Sequence record: MT375042.1 | Length of the DNA stretch: 40,237 bases | Source: Acinetobacter phage vB_AbaP_Alexa | Direction: 5' to 3' (one strand) | Part shown: in pieces, positions 17,704 through 26,214 of the stretch | Numbering within the stretch: position 1 is the stretch's first letter | How the letters are laid out: every line of letters begins with the position of its first letter | Made by a program: the position numbers and the translations under genes | Notes under the pieces: model-generated | The model's input: only the letters and a program-made list of their open reading frames with translations | Told to the model about the DNA's origin: nothing | The model's database searches: none

Positions 17704-18617
17704 TGGCCGGAACATATACAGCGATTGACTTGTCGCAACTTCCACCTCCGCAAGTGGTTGAAGTCATTGACTACGAAACAATTTTACAGGAAGGATTGGC
17801 GGACTTTTATGCGCGGATGGCTGAATCTGGAACTGAATTTACCGCCTTGGTAGAGTCGGACCCGCTTTACAAATTAGCTCAAACATTCGCCTTTCGTGAA
17901 ATGCTTGTCCGCCAACGTGCGAACGAATCGGCGCTTGCCGTGATGCTTGCGTATGCCCAAAAATCTGACTTGGACCAGATCGGTGCGAACTTCAATTTGC
18001 CGCGTAACGTCCTTATTCCAGCGGACCCAACAACGACACCGCCAACACCCGCAGTCATGGAGAGCGACGAAGCATACCGGGCACGTATCCAGCTTGTGAA
18101 TGAAAGCTATACGACAGCAGGTAGCGAAGGTTCTTACGTGTTTCATGCACTGTCCGCAGACGCCAAAGTTAAGGACGTGCAACCAGTGTCACCGGTTCCC
18201 GGTCAAGTGCTGGTTTATGTGCTTTCCAGAGACGGCAACGGCACGGCAGATACAGCCTTGCTGGGCAAGGTAAATGCAGCGCTGAACAAAGAGGAAATCC
18301 GACCGCTTACGGATAACGTTGTTGTGCAGTCTGCAAGCATTATTGAATACACGGTTACGGCTGAACTGGTTTTGTATCCGTGTCCAGATTCAAACGTGAT
18401 TTTGCAGGCTGCAAAAGACGAATTGCAAAAGTACGTAGACGCCATGCACCGCGTTGGCTTCGACGTGACGATTTCAGGTATTTACCAAGCCTTGCACCGT
18501 CCGGGTGTTCAGACTGTGAACCTAACGACGCCAACACAAACAATCGTGGTGAACGACGGACAGGCCGCATATTGCACAGCGATAAACGTAACAATTGCGG
18601 GGGGTACGGATGTCTAA
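17703..18617 (+). CDS. Baseplate protein J (P2 gpJ-like)
   Basis: A 304-aa ORF following W, in conserved V-W-J-I order. Confidence 0.75.
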   Translation: MAGTYTAIDLSQLPPPQVVEVIDYETILQEGLADFYARMAESGTEFTALVESDPLYKLAQTFAFREMLVRQRANESALAVMLAYAQKSDLDQIGANFNLPRNVLIPADPTTTPPTPAVMESDEAYRARIQLVNESYTTAGSEGSYVFHALSADAKVKDVQPVSPVPGQVLVYVLSRDGNGTADTALLGKVNAALNKEEIRPLTDNVVVQSASIIEYTVTAELVLYPCPDSNVILQAAKDELQKYVDAMHRVGFDVTISGIYQALHRPGVQTVNLTTPTQTIVVNDGQAAYCTAINVTIAGGTDV

Positions 18618-19215
18618 CCTATTGCCACCGAATGCGACGATTACCGAAGTAAATTTCGATGAAGCGTTTAGCCGTGTAGAGAATGTACCGACACCAGCGC
18701 GAACAACGATAAACCCAGACACCGCACCGGCATCTATTTTGCCTTGGATGGCATGGGCGCAGTCGGTGGATAATTGGGAAGTCGAATGGACCGAGCAGCA
18801 AAAGCGCGCGGTTATCAAAGCCGCGTATGCAGTACACCGCCAGAAAGGCACAGTTTTTGCATTGCGTACAGCGCTAGAAGCACTGGGATATGACTTAATC
18901 GTACAAGAGTGGTATCAACAAAGCCCACAAGGCGACCCATACACATTCGATGTTATTCTAACGATTGAAGGCAATGAAATAGATGCGCCGACTTTTAACA
19001 AGTTACTTGCTGTAATTGAAGCAAATAAGAATTTACGTTCACACTTGCGCAAGGTAAAATTAATTGTGAAAAGCAAGGCGGTTCTATATGCAGCCGCCGC
19101 AACTATTTCAGGAAGTGAATTAGATTACAGAAACCCAGCCGGCGCTTTAGTGCTGGACGGCAGCTGGACACTAGATGGTCTATTCAAACTAAACGGCTTT
19201 AAATTAGGTAATTAA
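18610..19215 (+). CDS. Tail protein I (P2 gpI-like)
   Basis: It follows J. ATG at 18610 is preceded by GGGGGGTACGG. Confidence 0.65.
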   Translation: MSNLLPPNATITEVNFDEAFSRVENVPTPARTTINPDTAPASILPWMAWAQSVDNWEVEWTEQQKRAVIKAAYAVHRQKGTVFALRTALEALGYDLIVQEWYQQSPQGDPYTFDVILTIEGNEIDAPTFNKLLAVIEANKNLRSHLRKVKLIVKSKAVLYAAAATISGSELDYRNPAGALVLDGSWTLDGLFKLNGFKLGN

Positions 19216-19218
19216 TAA

Positions 19219-21315
19219 ATGGCAAATTTGACACCAGTTGATGAATGGTCAAGCGTACCGCAACTTGAAAGGACTACGCCAGCACTAGGCGGCCCAGGTG
19301 CCGTTATGAATGCGCAGGCACAGGCTTTGCTAAATAGGACTGAAAATCTGCGTAAAACGCGCGTTGTATCAGTAGAAACATTTGCCGATTTGGTGGGCGT
19401 CACTGGTGCGGCCAAAGCCATTGTTTCAAGATATTCTGCCGATGTGCCTGAATTGTCGGGCGGTGGTGCGGTGCGATTCATTGCCGGTGAAGTGAATTAT
19501 AACAACGTGGATACTTTCCCCGGAACTGGTGGCGTTTGGAAACGTGAAAACTGGAAAAACCCAAGCATTTACGATGCTGGAATTATTGGTAACGAGACAG
19601 CAGAAGTCACAGACCGCTTCCAGCAACTTGTTAATCTGGCGTCTGGAACCATATCGTTAAAGAAAAAAATAGTGAAGCTTAACAAGCTTGATATGCCTAG
19701 CAACGTTCGTATTTATAACGGAACAATCGACTTTTCTGGTTCAAATGAGGTCCAGCAATCGAATAGTATTCACAATGGGTATATCGTTGGTGCAAACCGG
19801 TCGCGTTTGACGGACCCGGAAGCTGAGTCCGTTTATAATTCTATTGAAACGCTAAACGGCGCTGGAATGGTAAAAATAAATTTCAAAATTCCACGCCGTA
19901 ATTTTAGCGCAAATATTGCATGCTTCCATAAAGTTGACGACTTAACTATGTCACGATGCACAGTCGACCAGTTGGGTGCAGCTAACTTGCTTAAAGTTGT
20001 TGGCGGCATGAATGGCACAAACCCGACAAGCACCGGAACATGGGATACTTTAGAGCCTAAAAACGGCTGGTGTAATGGCATTCGCTTTACACACAATAAG
20101 GTCACTGGTGGACTATTAGATACAGCGCCTACCGGTAAATATATTATAGGCACATTATCGCGTTTTGTTGCTTGTCGTGATGTGGAAGCAAAACACAACG
20201 CAACAAAAGACGTTGCAATTAATGCGCTGTTGGATGCTTATTGTTATAACAGTGAAGCAAAAAAGAACCGCTATTCATTGTCTGCCGCAGTCGTCCAAGC
20301 TATCAAGGACGGGAACATTGTGCCAACTGACTTTGTTTGCGTTTATGTTGGGCAATGCGCTTATGATATTGATGTTAAAGGCAATCAATCAACTGACGCT
20401 GTGTTTTCCGGCATTTATGTTGAAGGCGCGAAGAACGTTCGTGTCAATGGAAATAACTTGAAACTTTCAAGCTTAGGCCTTTCTGTTACGACACAGCCGC
20501 GACTAGGTATCAATTTACAATCTAATCATATTGCTGTTTCTGGAACAAACTATGACAATATTGCGGGGGTTGATGAAATTGTCGTGTCTGGAAATTGTGT
20601 TAAAAATTATGAAGCGCCGTTTGCGACCAGCGGAATACTAAGCCAAAGCCACCGTAACATTTCGGTGTTTGGGAATTTCTTTTATGCCGGTAACAACACT
20701 TCTGCGGCTGTGTTGTCTAATATTCTTGAATCAAAATTTTCGGACAATATTTGTAAAGGCAATCTATTCCTTGGCGAATGTACTGACAACACAATTACCG
20801 ATAACATATTCCAAAATACTTCGAATTACGCGTTGTATTTGAGTTCAGATAGAAAAACTCGAAATCGACTGATTGGCAACGTTTTTCGCGTCGATTCAGG
20901 ATACACTATTTACAACGGTGGTAATGATAGTGATTCATTATACATTCAGGGCGGTGTTATTTCTTCAGGAATGCAGCTAGGCGCATCAAGTCTTAATTTG
21001 ACCGCGGATGGTTTTAGCAATGAGCTTGTGGCAAAGACTTTTACATTCAATCAAAGAATTACCTTGGCCGCTGGTGCGACTACAACGTTTAGCAAGAGTG
21101 TAACCGGCTTGCGTCGCGGCTGGGGGTCAAAGGTCGAGTTGTTTAGTTTGGTCGATAACTTTACGTTATACGGTATTGATTTAACAATTAAGTCGGAAGT
21201 CCTGAATGACTCGCTGACTGTATATGTAAAAAATGTCGGAACAGCAGCGATAGACTTTACGCCTACGTTCTTGGTGACGTTAAGCCCATTTATGAGCAAA
21301 GAATTTCTAAACTAA
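19219..21315 (+). CDS. Tailspike / tail fibre with a right-handed parallel beta-helix (candidate depolymerase)
   Basis: Beta-helix-type repeats (NVRVNGNNLKL, VSGNCVKNY, GNFFYAGNN, ITDNIFQNTSNYALYLSSD) and an N-terminal virion-attachment-like segment. Confidence 0.65.
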   Translation: MANLTPVDEWSSVPQLERTTPALGGPGAVMNAQAQALLNRTENLRKTRVVSVETFADLVGVTGAAKAIVSRYSADVPELSGGGAVRFIAGEVNYNNVDTFPGTGGVWKRENWKNPSIYDAGIIGNETAEVTDRFQQLVNLASGTISLKKKIVKLNKLDMPSNVRIYNGTIDFSGSNEVQQSNSIHNGYIVGANRSRLTDPEAESVYNSIETLNGAGMVKINFKIPRRNFSANIACFHKVDDLTMSRCTVDQLGAANLLKVVGGMNGTNPTSTGTWDTLEPKNGWCNGIRFTHNKVTGGLLDTAPTGKYIIGTLSRFVACRDVEAKHNATKDVAINALLDAYCYNSEAKKNRYSLSAAVVQAIKDGNIVPTDFVCVYVGQCAYDIDVKGNQSTDAVFSGIYVEGAKNVRVNGNNLKLSSLGLSVTTQPRLGINLQSNHIAVSGTNYDNIAGVDEIVVSGNCVKNYEAPFATSGILSQSHRNISVFGNFFYAGNNTSAAVLSNILESKFSDNICKGNLFLGECTDNTITDNIFQNTSNYALYLSSDRKTRNRLIGNVFRVDSGYTIYNGGNDSDSLYIQGGVISSGMQLGASSLNLTADGFSNELVAKTFTFNQRITLAAGATTTFSKSVTGLRRGWGSKVELFSLVDNFTLYGIDLTIKSEVLNDSLTVYVKNVGTAAIDFTPTFLVTLSPFMSKEFLN

Positions 21316-21342
21316 TTTTGACCGCTGAATATTGAGCATATT

Positions 21343-22722
21343 ATGGAATTAAAAAGTATTCATACGACGAAAGCCTTGCAGCTAATGGCAGAAGCCGAAG
21401 GGTCAGGCACACAGATTCGTCTTACACACATGGCGGTCGGTGACGGTAACGGAAACCCCGTTACCCCGCTACCAAGTCAGACGCAGCTTGTGCGCGAACG
21501 CTTTCGAGCGCCAGTGAACCGGGTTTATCAAAACCCAGACATACCAAACATGTTCACGGCTGAACTGTTAATCCCGGCATCCGAAGGCGGTTACACGCTT
21601 CGAGAAGTCGGCGTATTTGATAGCAACGGAAACCTGTTTATCGTCGGCAACCTTCCAGACACGTATAAACCTACAGACGCAGACGGAGCCTATAGCGACA
21701 CTGTTATCCGTGTTGCCTTCATGGTTACGAATGCTTCAATTGTTGAGCTTAAAATCGACCCTAACGTTGTTATTGCTACCCAGTCATGGATTATCAACAA
21801 CATTAACCCGGCGCTATTATTCCCCGGTGGAACTACTGGGCAGATTTTACGCAAAAAATCAAACACAGATGGCGACACGGAATGGTCGGACCCAACAATC
21901 GCTAATGTTGTTGTCGACGTCATCGAAGAACGGCAAACACTAGCAGCGTCCCAGACTGCGGTAAACTGGGCGACAGTTACTAATACGGGGCTTGCTGTAT
22001 ACATTGAAGGTATTCGATTGCTGCACGACTCAAGTGTTGATGGGTGGCAAGTCGACACTACTCAACCAGATACAAAGATAATCCTTGGAAAGTCCTATCC
22101 AGATGGCACGCGAATCCTTGGCGTTCAAAACGAACCGCTTGGCGCGACACCTTTACCGCTAGAGGCGTCTAAAAACTTAAGCGACGTACCAGACAAGCAG
22201 GTCGCGCGCGAAAATCTTGGAGTTTTTAGCAAAGAGGAAACACGTTTAAACGGACTTCCACCCGGTGCAATTATTTCCGTTGCAAGGAATACCGCGCCTT
22301 CCGGCTACTTAAAGGCAAATGGCGCGGCGGTATCACGTGCAACTTACGCCGATTTGTTTGCTGCTATCGGGACGACTTTTGGTACTGGTGACGGATTCAA
22401 TACGTTCAATCTTCCAGACCTTCGCGGTGAGTTTGTACGGGGTTGGGCAGACGGTAGAAATGTTGATTCTGGGCGCGCGTTTGGTAGCTTCCAAGCTGAT
22501 GAGATCAAAAAACATAACCACTTGGATGTTAGTGCATTCGGTGGAACAGCAAGCGGCACGGCTTCGACGTCTTCACGCTATGCGAAACAGTTTTATAGCC
22601 CACAATCGGCACTAAAAGACGTTAATGGGGTAACAGACGCGACAGGCCTATATAGCCAAGACACTGGCGGAACTGAAACAAGACCGCGCAACGTAGCATT
22701 ACTTTACTGCATTAAATTTTAA
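21343..22722 (+). CDS. Tail fibre protein: P2 gpH-like N-terminus with a C-terminal tail-collar domain
   Basis: The N-terminus (LTHMAVGDGNGNPV...TAELLIPASEGGYTLREVGVFDSNGNLFIVGNLPDTYKP...ELKIDPNVVIATQSWI) aligns with P2 H (TTMAVGDGGGKLP...IAELVIPPEVGGFWMRELGLYDDAGTLIAVANMAESYKP...ELTIDTTTVMATQDYV). The C-terminal collar motif reads ATYADLFAAIGTTFGTGDGFNTFNLPDLRG. Confidence 0.8.
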   Translation: MELKSIHTTKALQLMAEAEGSGTQIRLTHMAVGDGNGNPVTPLPSQTQLVRERFRAPVNRVYQNPDIPNMFTAELLIPASEGGYTLREVGVFDSNGNLFIVGNLPDTYKPTDADGAYSDTVIRVAFMVTNASIVELKIDPNVVIATQSWIINNINPALLFPGGTTGQILRKKSNTDGDTEWSDPTIANVVVDVIEERQTLAASQTAVNWATVTNTGLAVYIEGIRLLHDSSVDGWQVDTTQPDTKIILGKSYPDGTRILGVQNEPLGATPLPLEASKNLSDVPDKQVARENLGVFSKEETRLNGLPPGAIISVARNTAPSGYLKANGAAVSRATYADLFAAIGTTFGTGDGFNTFNLPDLRGEFVRGWADGRNVDSGRAFGSFQADEIKKHNHLDVSAFGGTASGTASTSSRYAKQFYSPQSALKDVNGVTDATGLYSQDTGGTETRPRNVALLYCIKF

Positions 22723-22734
22723 GACGGTGACTTC

Positions 22735-23025
22735 ATGAAAAAAGCATATCAGACAGACGTAGCGGGGCTTTTGGTTGGCGATACTAACGCCGATGAATCG
22801 CCACTCGAACCGGGTCATTATTTGTTACCGGCAGGGGCTACATTTACACCGCCGCCACTTGAATGGCCGGAAGATAAATGGCCGCGCTGGAACGGCAGTT
22901 CGTGGGATTTGGTGACAAAGCCGACCATTCCAGAACAGCCAACACCAGAGCAAAAATTAGCGGACTTTCTGGCGAAAAACCCGGACGTTCTTTCCTTGGT
23001 GAACAATGGGGGCGCTAATGTATGA
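22735..23025 (+). CDS. Hypothetical tail-associated protein
   Basis: A 96-aa Pro/Trp-rich ORF between two fibre genes. Its stop overlaps the next start. Confidence 0.4.
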   Translation: MKKAYQTDVAGLLVGDTNADESPLEPGHYLLPAGATFTPPPLEWPEDKWPRWNGSSWDLVTKPTIPEQPTPEQKLADFLAKNPDVLSLVNNGGANV

Positions 23026-23687
23026 GCAGCGTTTTAAACTTATGGGCTGGGATGACTGGCACGGTTCTTGATTTTGCAGGGACAACAGCGCCAGACGGGT
23101 GGCTTTTATGTTTCGGCCAAGCCGTATCACGCACAACATACGCGAACCTATTTGCAGCTATCGGGACGACTTACGGCGCTGGTGATGGCAGTACGACTTT
23201 TAACCTTCCAGATTGTCGCGGACGTGCGACAGCTGGCAAGGATAACATGGGCGGAACCGCTGCGAGTCGATTAACAACGGCAGGCGCAGCGATTGACGGG
23301 GCGACCCTTGGCGCGGCTGGTGGGTCACAGACGCACACACTTACGACCGCACAAATGCCGGCGCATAACCACGGTGTAACAGACCCCGGACATAACCACG
23401 CCGTTACAGACCCGACGCATGCGCACACTATTTATGACCCCGGACATGCGCACACCTACGACCGTGTAAGCACGGCTGACGGGCAAGGCTCAGACGTCGG
23501 GACAGCGAACACTCACACGACCGGAACGACCAGCGCAAGCGGCACGGGTATTGGTATTAATGCCGCTGCAACCGGTATCAGCATTCAAAGCAGAGTGACG
23601 GGCATCACTACAAATAACAATGGTTCAGGCGGTGCGCACCCAATTACACAGCCAACTATTGTATTTAACAAGATTATTAAGATATAA
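23022..23687 (+). CDS. Tail-collar domain protein with His-X-His repeat tract and Thr/Gly-rich C-terminus
   Basis: The collar motif TTYANLFAAIGTTYGAGDGSTTFNLPDCRG is a paralog of the one in the 21343 gene. It is followed by HNHGVTDPGHNHAVTDPTHAHTIYDPGHAHTYD. Confidence 0.65.
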   Translation: MSSVLNLWAGMTGTVLDFAGTTAPDGWLLCFGQAVSRTTYANLFAAIGTTYGAGDGSTTFNLPDCRGRATAGKDNMGGTAASRLTTAGAAIDGATLGAAGGSQTHTLTTAQMPAHNHGVTDPGHNHAVTDPTHAHTIYDPGHAHTYDRVSTADGQGSDVGTANTHTTGTTSASGTGIGINAAATGISIQSRVTGITTNNNGSGGAHPITQPTIVFNKIIKI

Positions 23688-23714
23688 TCTTGCTGTGAAC
23701 CTTAAACCCTATTG

Positions 23715-23742
23715 TCCCGCTACCACTGGCGGGATTTTTTTT
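23715..23742 (+). terminator. Intrinsic terminator (TCCCGC-loop-GCGGGA followed by T8)
   Basis: A 6-bp GC stem, an 8-nt loop and TTTTTTTT, located at the end of the fibre operon. Confidence 0.65.
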
Positions 23743-23822
23743 GGGAAAAAGCGCAGGATGAAATAGCGCATACCAGTCGCTAAAATTGCTTTGAGTTATC
23801 CAATAAATTTTCAGGACTAAAA

Positions 23823-25259
23823 ATGGCAGTAGACCAATTTTTGCACGGCGTCGAAGTCATTGATATTGACACAGGGGCGCGCGTCATCACGACTGTTCGT
23901 GCTTCAATTATCGGTATCGTTGGTACAGCACCGAACGCAGATGCGGCAGCATTTCCGTTAAATACGCCGGTTCTAATCGCTGGAAGCCTTCGCGAAGCTG
24001 CGAAGCTGGACACGACGGGAACGGGTGAAGGCACATTGCCAAGCGCAGTCGACACGATTCTTGACCAGACCGGTGCAATGATTGTCGTTGTCCGCGTTGA
24101 AGAAGGCGCAACAGCAAACGAAACACTTGCGAACGTCCTTGGCGGCGTTGACGCAAACACCGGCCAATATGAAGGCGTGCATGCATTCTTAGCGGCTGAA
24201 TCCGTTCTAGGCTTTGCACCACGTATTTTGATTGCACCGGGATTCACGCACACGCGTTCGGCTGGCGGTGTAATTACCCTAACTGGTGCCGGCGGTACAG
24301 GTTACACAGACGGTACATATAATTTGACCGTTACGGGCGGAACTGGTGGCAGTGGTGCGGCAGCAACGGCGACCATTGTTGGCGGTGTAGTTACCGCGCG
24401 CACAATCACAAATCCGGGCAGCGGCTACACAGCAGCGCCGACGTTTGCACTTCCAGCGGGTGCCGGTTCTGGTACTGGCGCGACATTCGTTGCGACGCTT
24501 GGTACGGTAGGAAATGCGGTTGTCGCTGAACTTGTCGGTATTGCTGAACGTTTGCGCGCTGTGATTTTCGCAGACTGTCCAAACACGAACGACGCGGACG
24601 CTATCGCTTATGCTGGCGACTTCGGCAGCAAGCGCATTCAAGCGAACGACCCGAAAGTCCTTAAAACCGACAGTGAAGGCAATCTAGTCACTGAATGGTC
24701 AAGCGCTGTCTGGGCTGGTGTTACTGCGAAATCTGACGCTGAACGCGGGTGGTGGTGGTCGCCTTCAAACCGTGAAGTGAACGGCATTCAAGGCACAGCG
24801 CGACCAATCGACTTCAAAATGGGCGATGCAAATAGCCGCGCAAACTTGCTAAACGAAAAGAAAATCGGCACAATTATCCGTCAAGACGGCTTCCGTACAT
24901 GGGGCAACCGCACGCTATCGAGCGACCAGAAATGGGCTTTCTTGTGCGTGGTTCGTACTGCCGACATTATCGCGGATTCGTTGCAGGCTGCGCACCTTTG
25001 GGCCGTTGACCGTGGCATCACTAAAAACTATGTGACGGACGTAACGGAAAGTGTGAACGCGTACTTGCGTTATCTGACTAACATTGGCGCTATTTTGGGC
25101 GGTTCATGTTGGGCAGACCCAGACTTGAACACGGCTGACGTAATCGCTTCTGGTAAAATCTTTTTCGATTTTGACTTCACGCCAGTTTACCCGGCCGAAC
25201 ATATTACGTTCCGCAGTCACCTAACGAACGACTATATTAAGTCGATTTTTGATCAATAA
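23823..25259 (+). CDS. Tail sheath protein (P2 gpFI-like) with a Gly/Thr-rich insertion
   Basis: The N-terminus and the C-terminal RQDGFRTWGNRT...AHLWAVDRGITKN...FFDFDFTPV track P2 FI (RRDGFRFWGNRT...AHMWAVDKPITAT...YIDYDYTPV). An extra segment of about 83 aa lies at residues ~146-228. Confidence 0.9.
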   Translation: MAVDQFLHGVEVIDIDTGARVITTVRASIIGIVGTAPNADAAAFPLNTPVLIAGSLREAAKLDTTGTGEGTLPSAVDTILDQTGAMIVVVRVEEGATANETLANVLGGVDANTGQYEGVHAFLAAESVLGFAPRILIAPGFTHTRSAGGVITLTGAGGTGYTDGTYNLTVTGGTGGSGAAATATIVGGVVTARTITNPGSGYTAAPTFALPAGAGSGTGATFVATLGTVGNAVVAELVGIAERLRAVIFADCPNTNDADAIAYAGDFGSKRIQANDPKVLKTDSEGNLVTEWSSAVWAGVTAKSDAERGWWWSPSNREVNGIQGTARPIDFKMGDANSRANLLNEKKIGTIIRQDGFRTWGNRTLSSDQKWAFLCVVRTADIIADSLQAAHLWAVDRGITKNYVTDVTESVNAYLRYLTNIGAILGGSCWADPDLNTADVIASGKIFFDFDFTPVYPAEHITFRSHLTNDYIKSIFDQ

Positions 25260-25273
25260 TAAGGGGCCGTAAC

Positions 25274-25780
25274 ATGGCAGCAAGCGATATTCGCAAGAAT
25301 TTTACGATGTGGGTCGACGGGCGTGGCTATGCCGGCAAAGTCGACGAATTTAACCCGCCAAAGCTAACATTGCAGACCGAAGAATTTCGCGCGGGTGGAA
25401 TGGATATTCCTATCGACCTTACGATGGGAATGGAAAAGATGACGTGCGATTGGTCGATGAAATCGTATGACCGCGACGTCCTTGCGTTGTTCGGCGTAAA
25501 GGAAGGCTCAATCGTACCGATAACGGTGCGTGAAGCGTTGGAGTCGTTCGACGGCACTGTTACTACGGTTGTGCGTAACTGCCGTGGTAAAATTACCGAA
25601 CTTGACGAAGGCGCCAGTAAGCCGGGTGAAGCTGCGGTACTTAAAATCACGGTATCACTTGTTTATTACAAGATGACACACGGTGGCCGTGTAATTCACG
25701 AAATCGACGCGGAAAACATGGTCCGCATCATTAACGGCGTAGATCAAACAGCAGCACTACGCGCAGCACTTGGACTTTAA
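25274..25780 (+). CDS. Tail tube protein (P2 gpFII-like)
   Basis: A 168-aa ORF immediately after the sheath gene, with a tube-like size and position. Confidence 0.75.
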   Translation: MAASDIRKNFTMWVDGRGYAGKVDEFNPPKLTLQTEEFRAGGMDIPIDLTMGMEKMTCDWSMKSYDRDVLALFGVKEGSIVPITVREALESFDGTVTTVVRNCRGKITELDEGASKPGEAAVLKITVSLVYYKMTHGGRVIHEIDAENMVRIINGVDQTAALRAALGL

Positions 25781-25792
25781 GGACTTTTTTAA

Positions 25793-26071
25793 ATGAGCAA
25801 CACACCGGACTTTTTGGACATCCACGACGACCATATCGTCATCACGCTAAAAGCTGGCGTCGAAATCGACGGCGCGAAAGTTAATGCGCTTACAATGCGC
25901 GAACCTACCGTCGACGACAACCTTGCAATGGATGCGTACAAAGGGACAGATGCGCAAAAAGAGCTTTTCATGTTCGGCAACTTGTGCGGTGTTGCACCGA
26001 CTGATTTGCAGAAGTTGACACTTCGCGATTATGGCCGAGTGCAAAAAGCATTTACAAATTTTATCGACTAA
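25793..26071 (+). CDS. Tail assembly chaperone gpE-like
   Basis: A 92-aa ORF between the tube and tape-measure genes, with a downstream -1 frame extension (see the next entry). Confidence 0.7.
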   Translation: MSNTPDFLDIHDDHIVITLKAGVEIDGAKVNALTMREPTVDDNLAMDAYKGTDAQKELFMFGNLCGVAPTDLQKLTLRDYGRVQKAFTNFID

Positions 26072-26202
26072 GCGCCGATTATATCCGGGCTTCGGCGCTG
26101 GCGCTTGCGTCCCATACATCATGGCCCCTTAGCGAAATCAAAGCCTGGCGCGTTTCCGAATTTATTTGGTGGATTGAGGGGCTACCAAAAAACACCGAAT
26201 AA
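25793..26202 (+). CDS. gpE+E' fusion produced by -1 programmed frameshift
   Basis: The zero frame stops at 26071. The -1 frame stays open from 26059 to TAA at 26200-26202 and encodes ...FYRLSADYIRASALALASHTSWPLSEIKAWRVSEFIWWIEGLPKNTE. It ends 12 nt before the tape-measure start. Confidence 0.55.
26056..26062 (+). promoter_or_regulatory. Candidate -1 slippery heptamer A_AAT_TTT (X XXY YYZ)
   Basis: In the gpE frame the codons are AAT TTT. After a -1 slip they become AAA TTT, which opens the E' frame. This sits a few codons before the gpE stop, as in P2 E/E'. Confidence 0.5.
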
Positions 26203-26214
26203 GCCGGGGACAAC

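Noticed and set aside
18177-18188. An extra iteron-like site, GTGCAACCAGTG, inside the gpJ gene
   Set aside because: This 12-mer matches the junction between adjacent origin iterons (6030-6041), but it encodes VQPV in frame. It is probably a codon-level coincidence and cannot be called a second iteron cluster without binding data.
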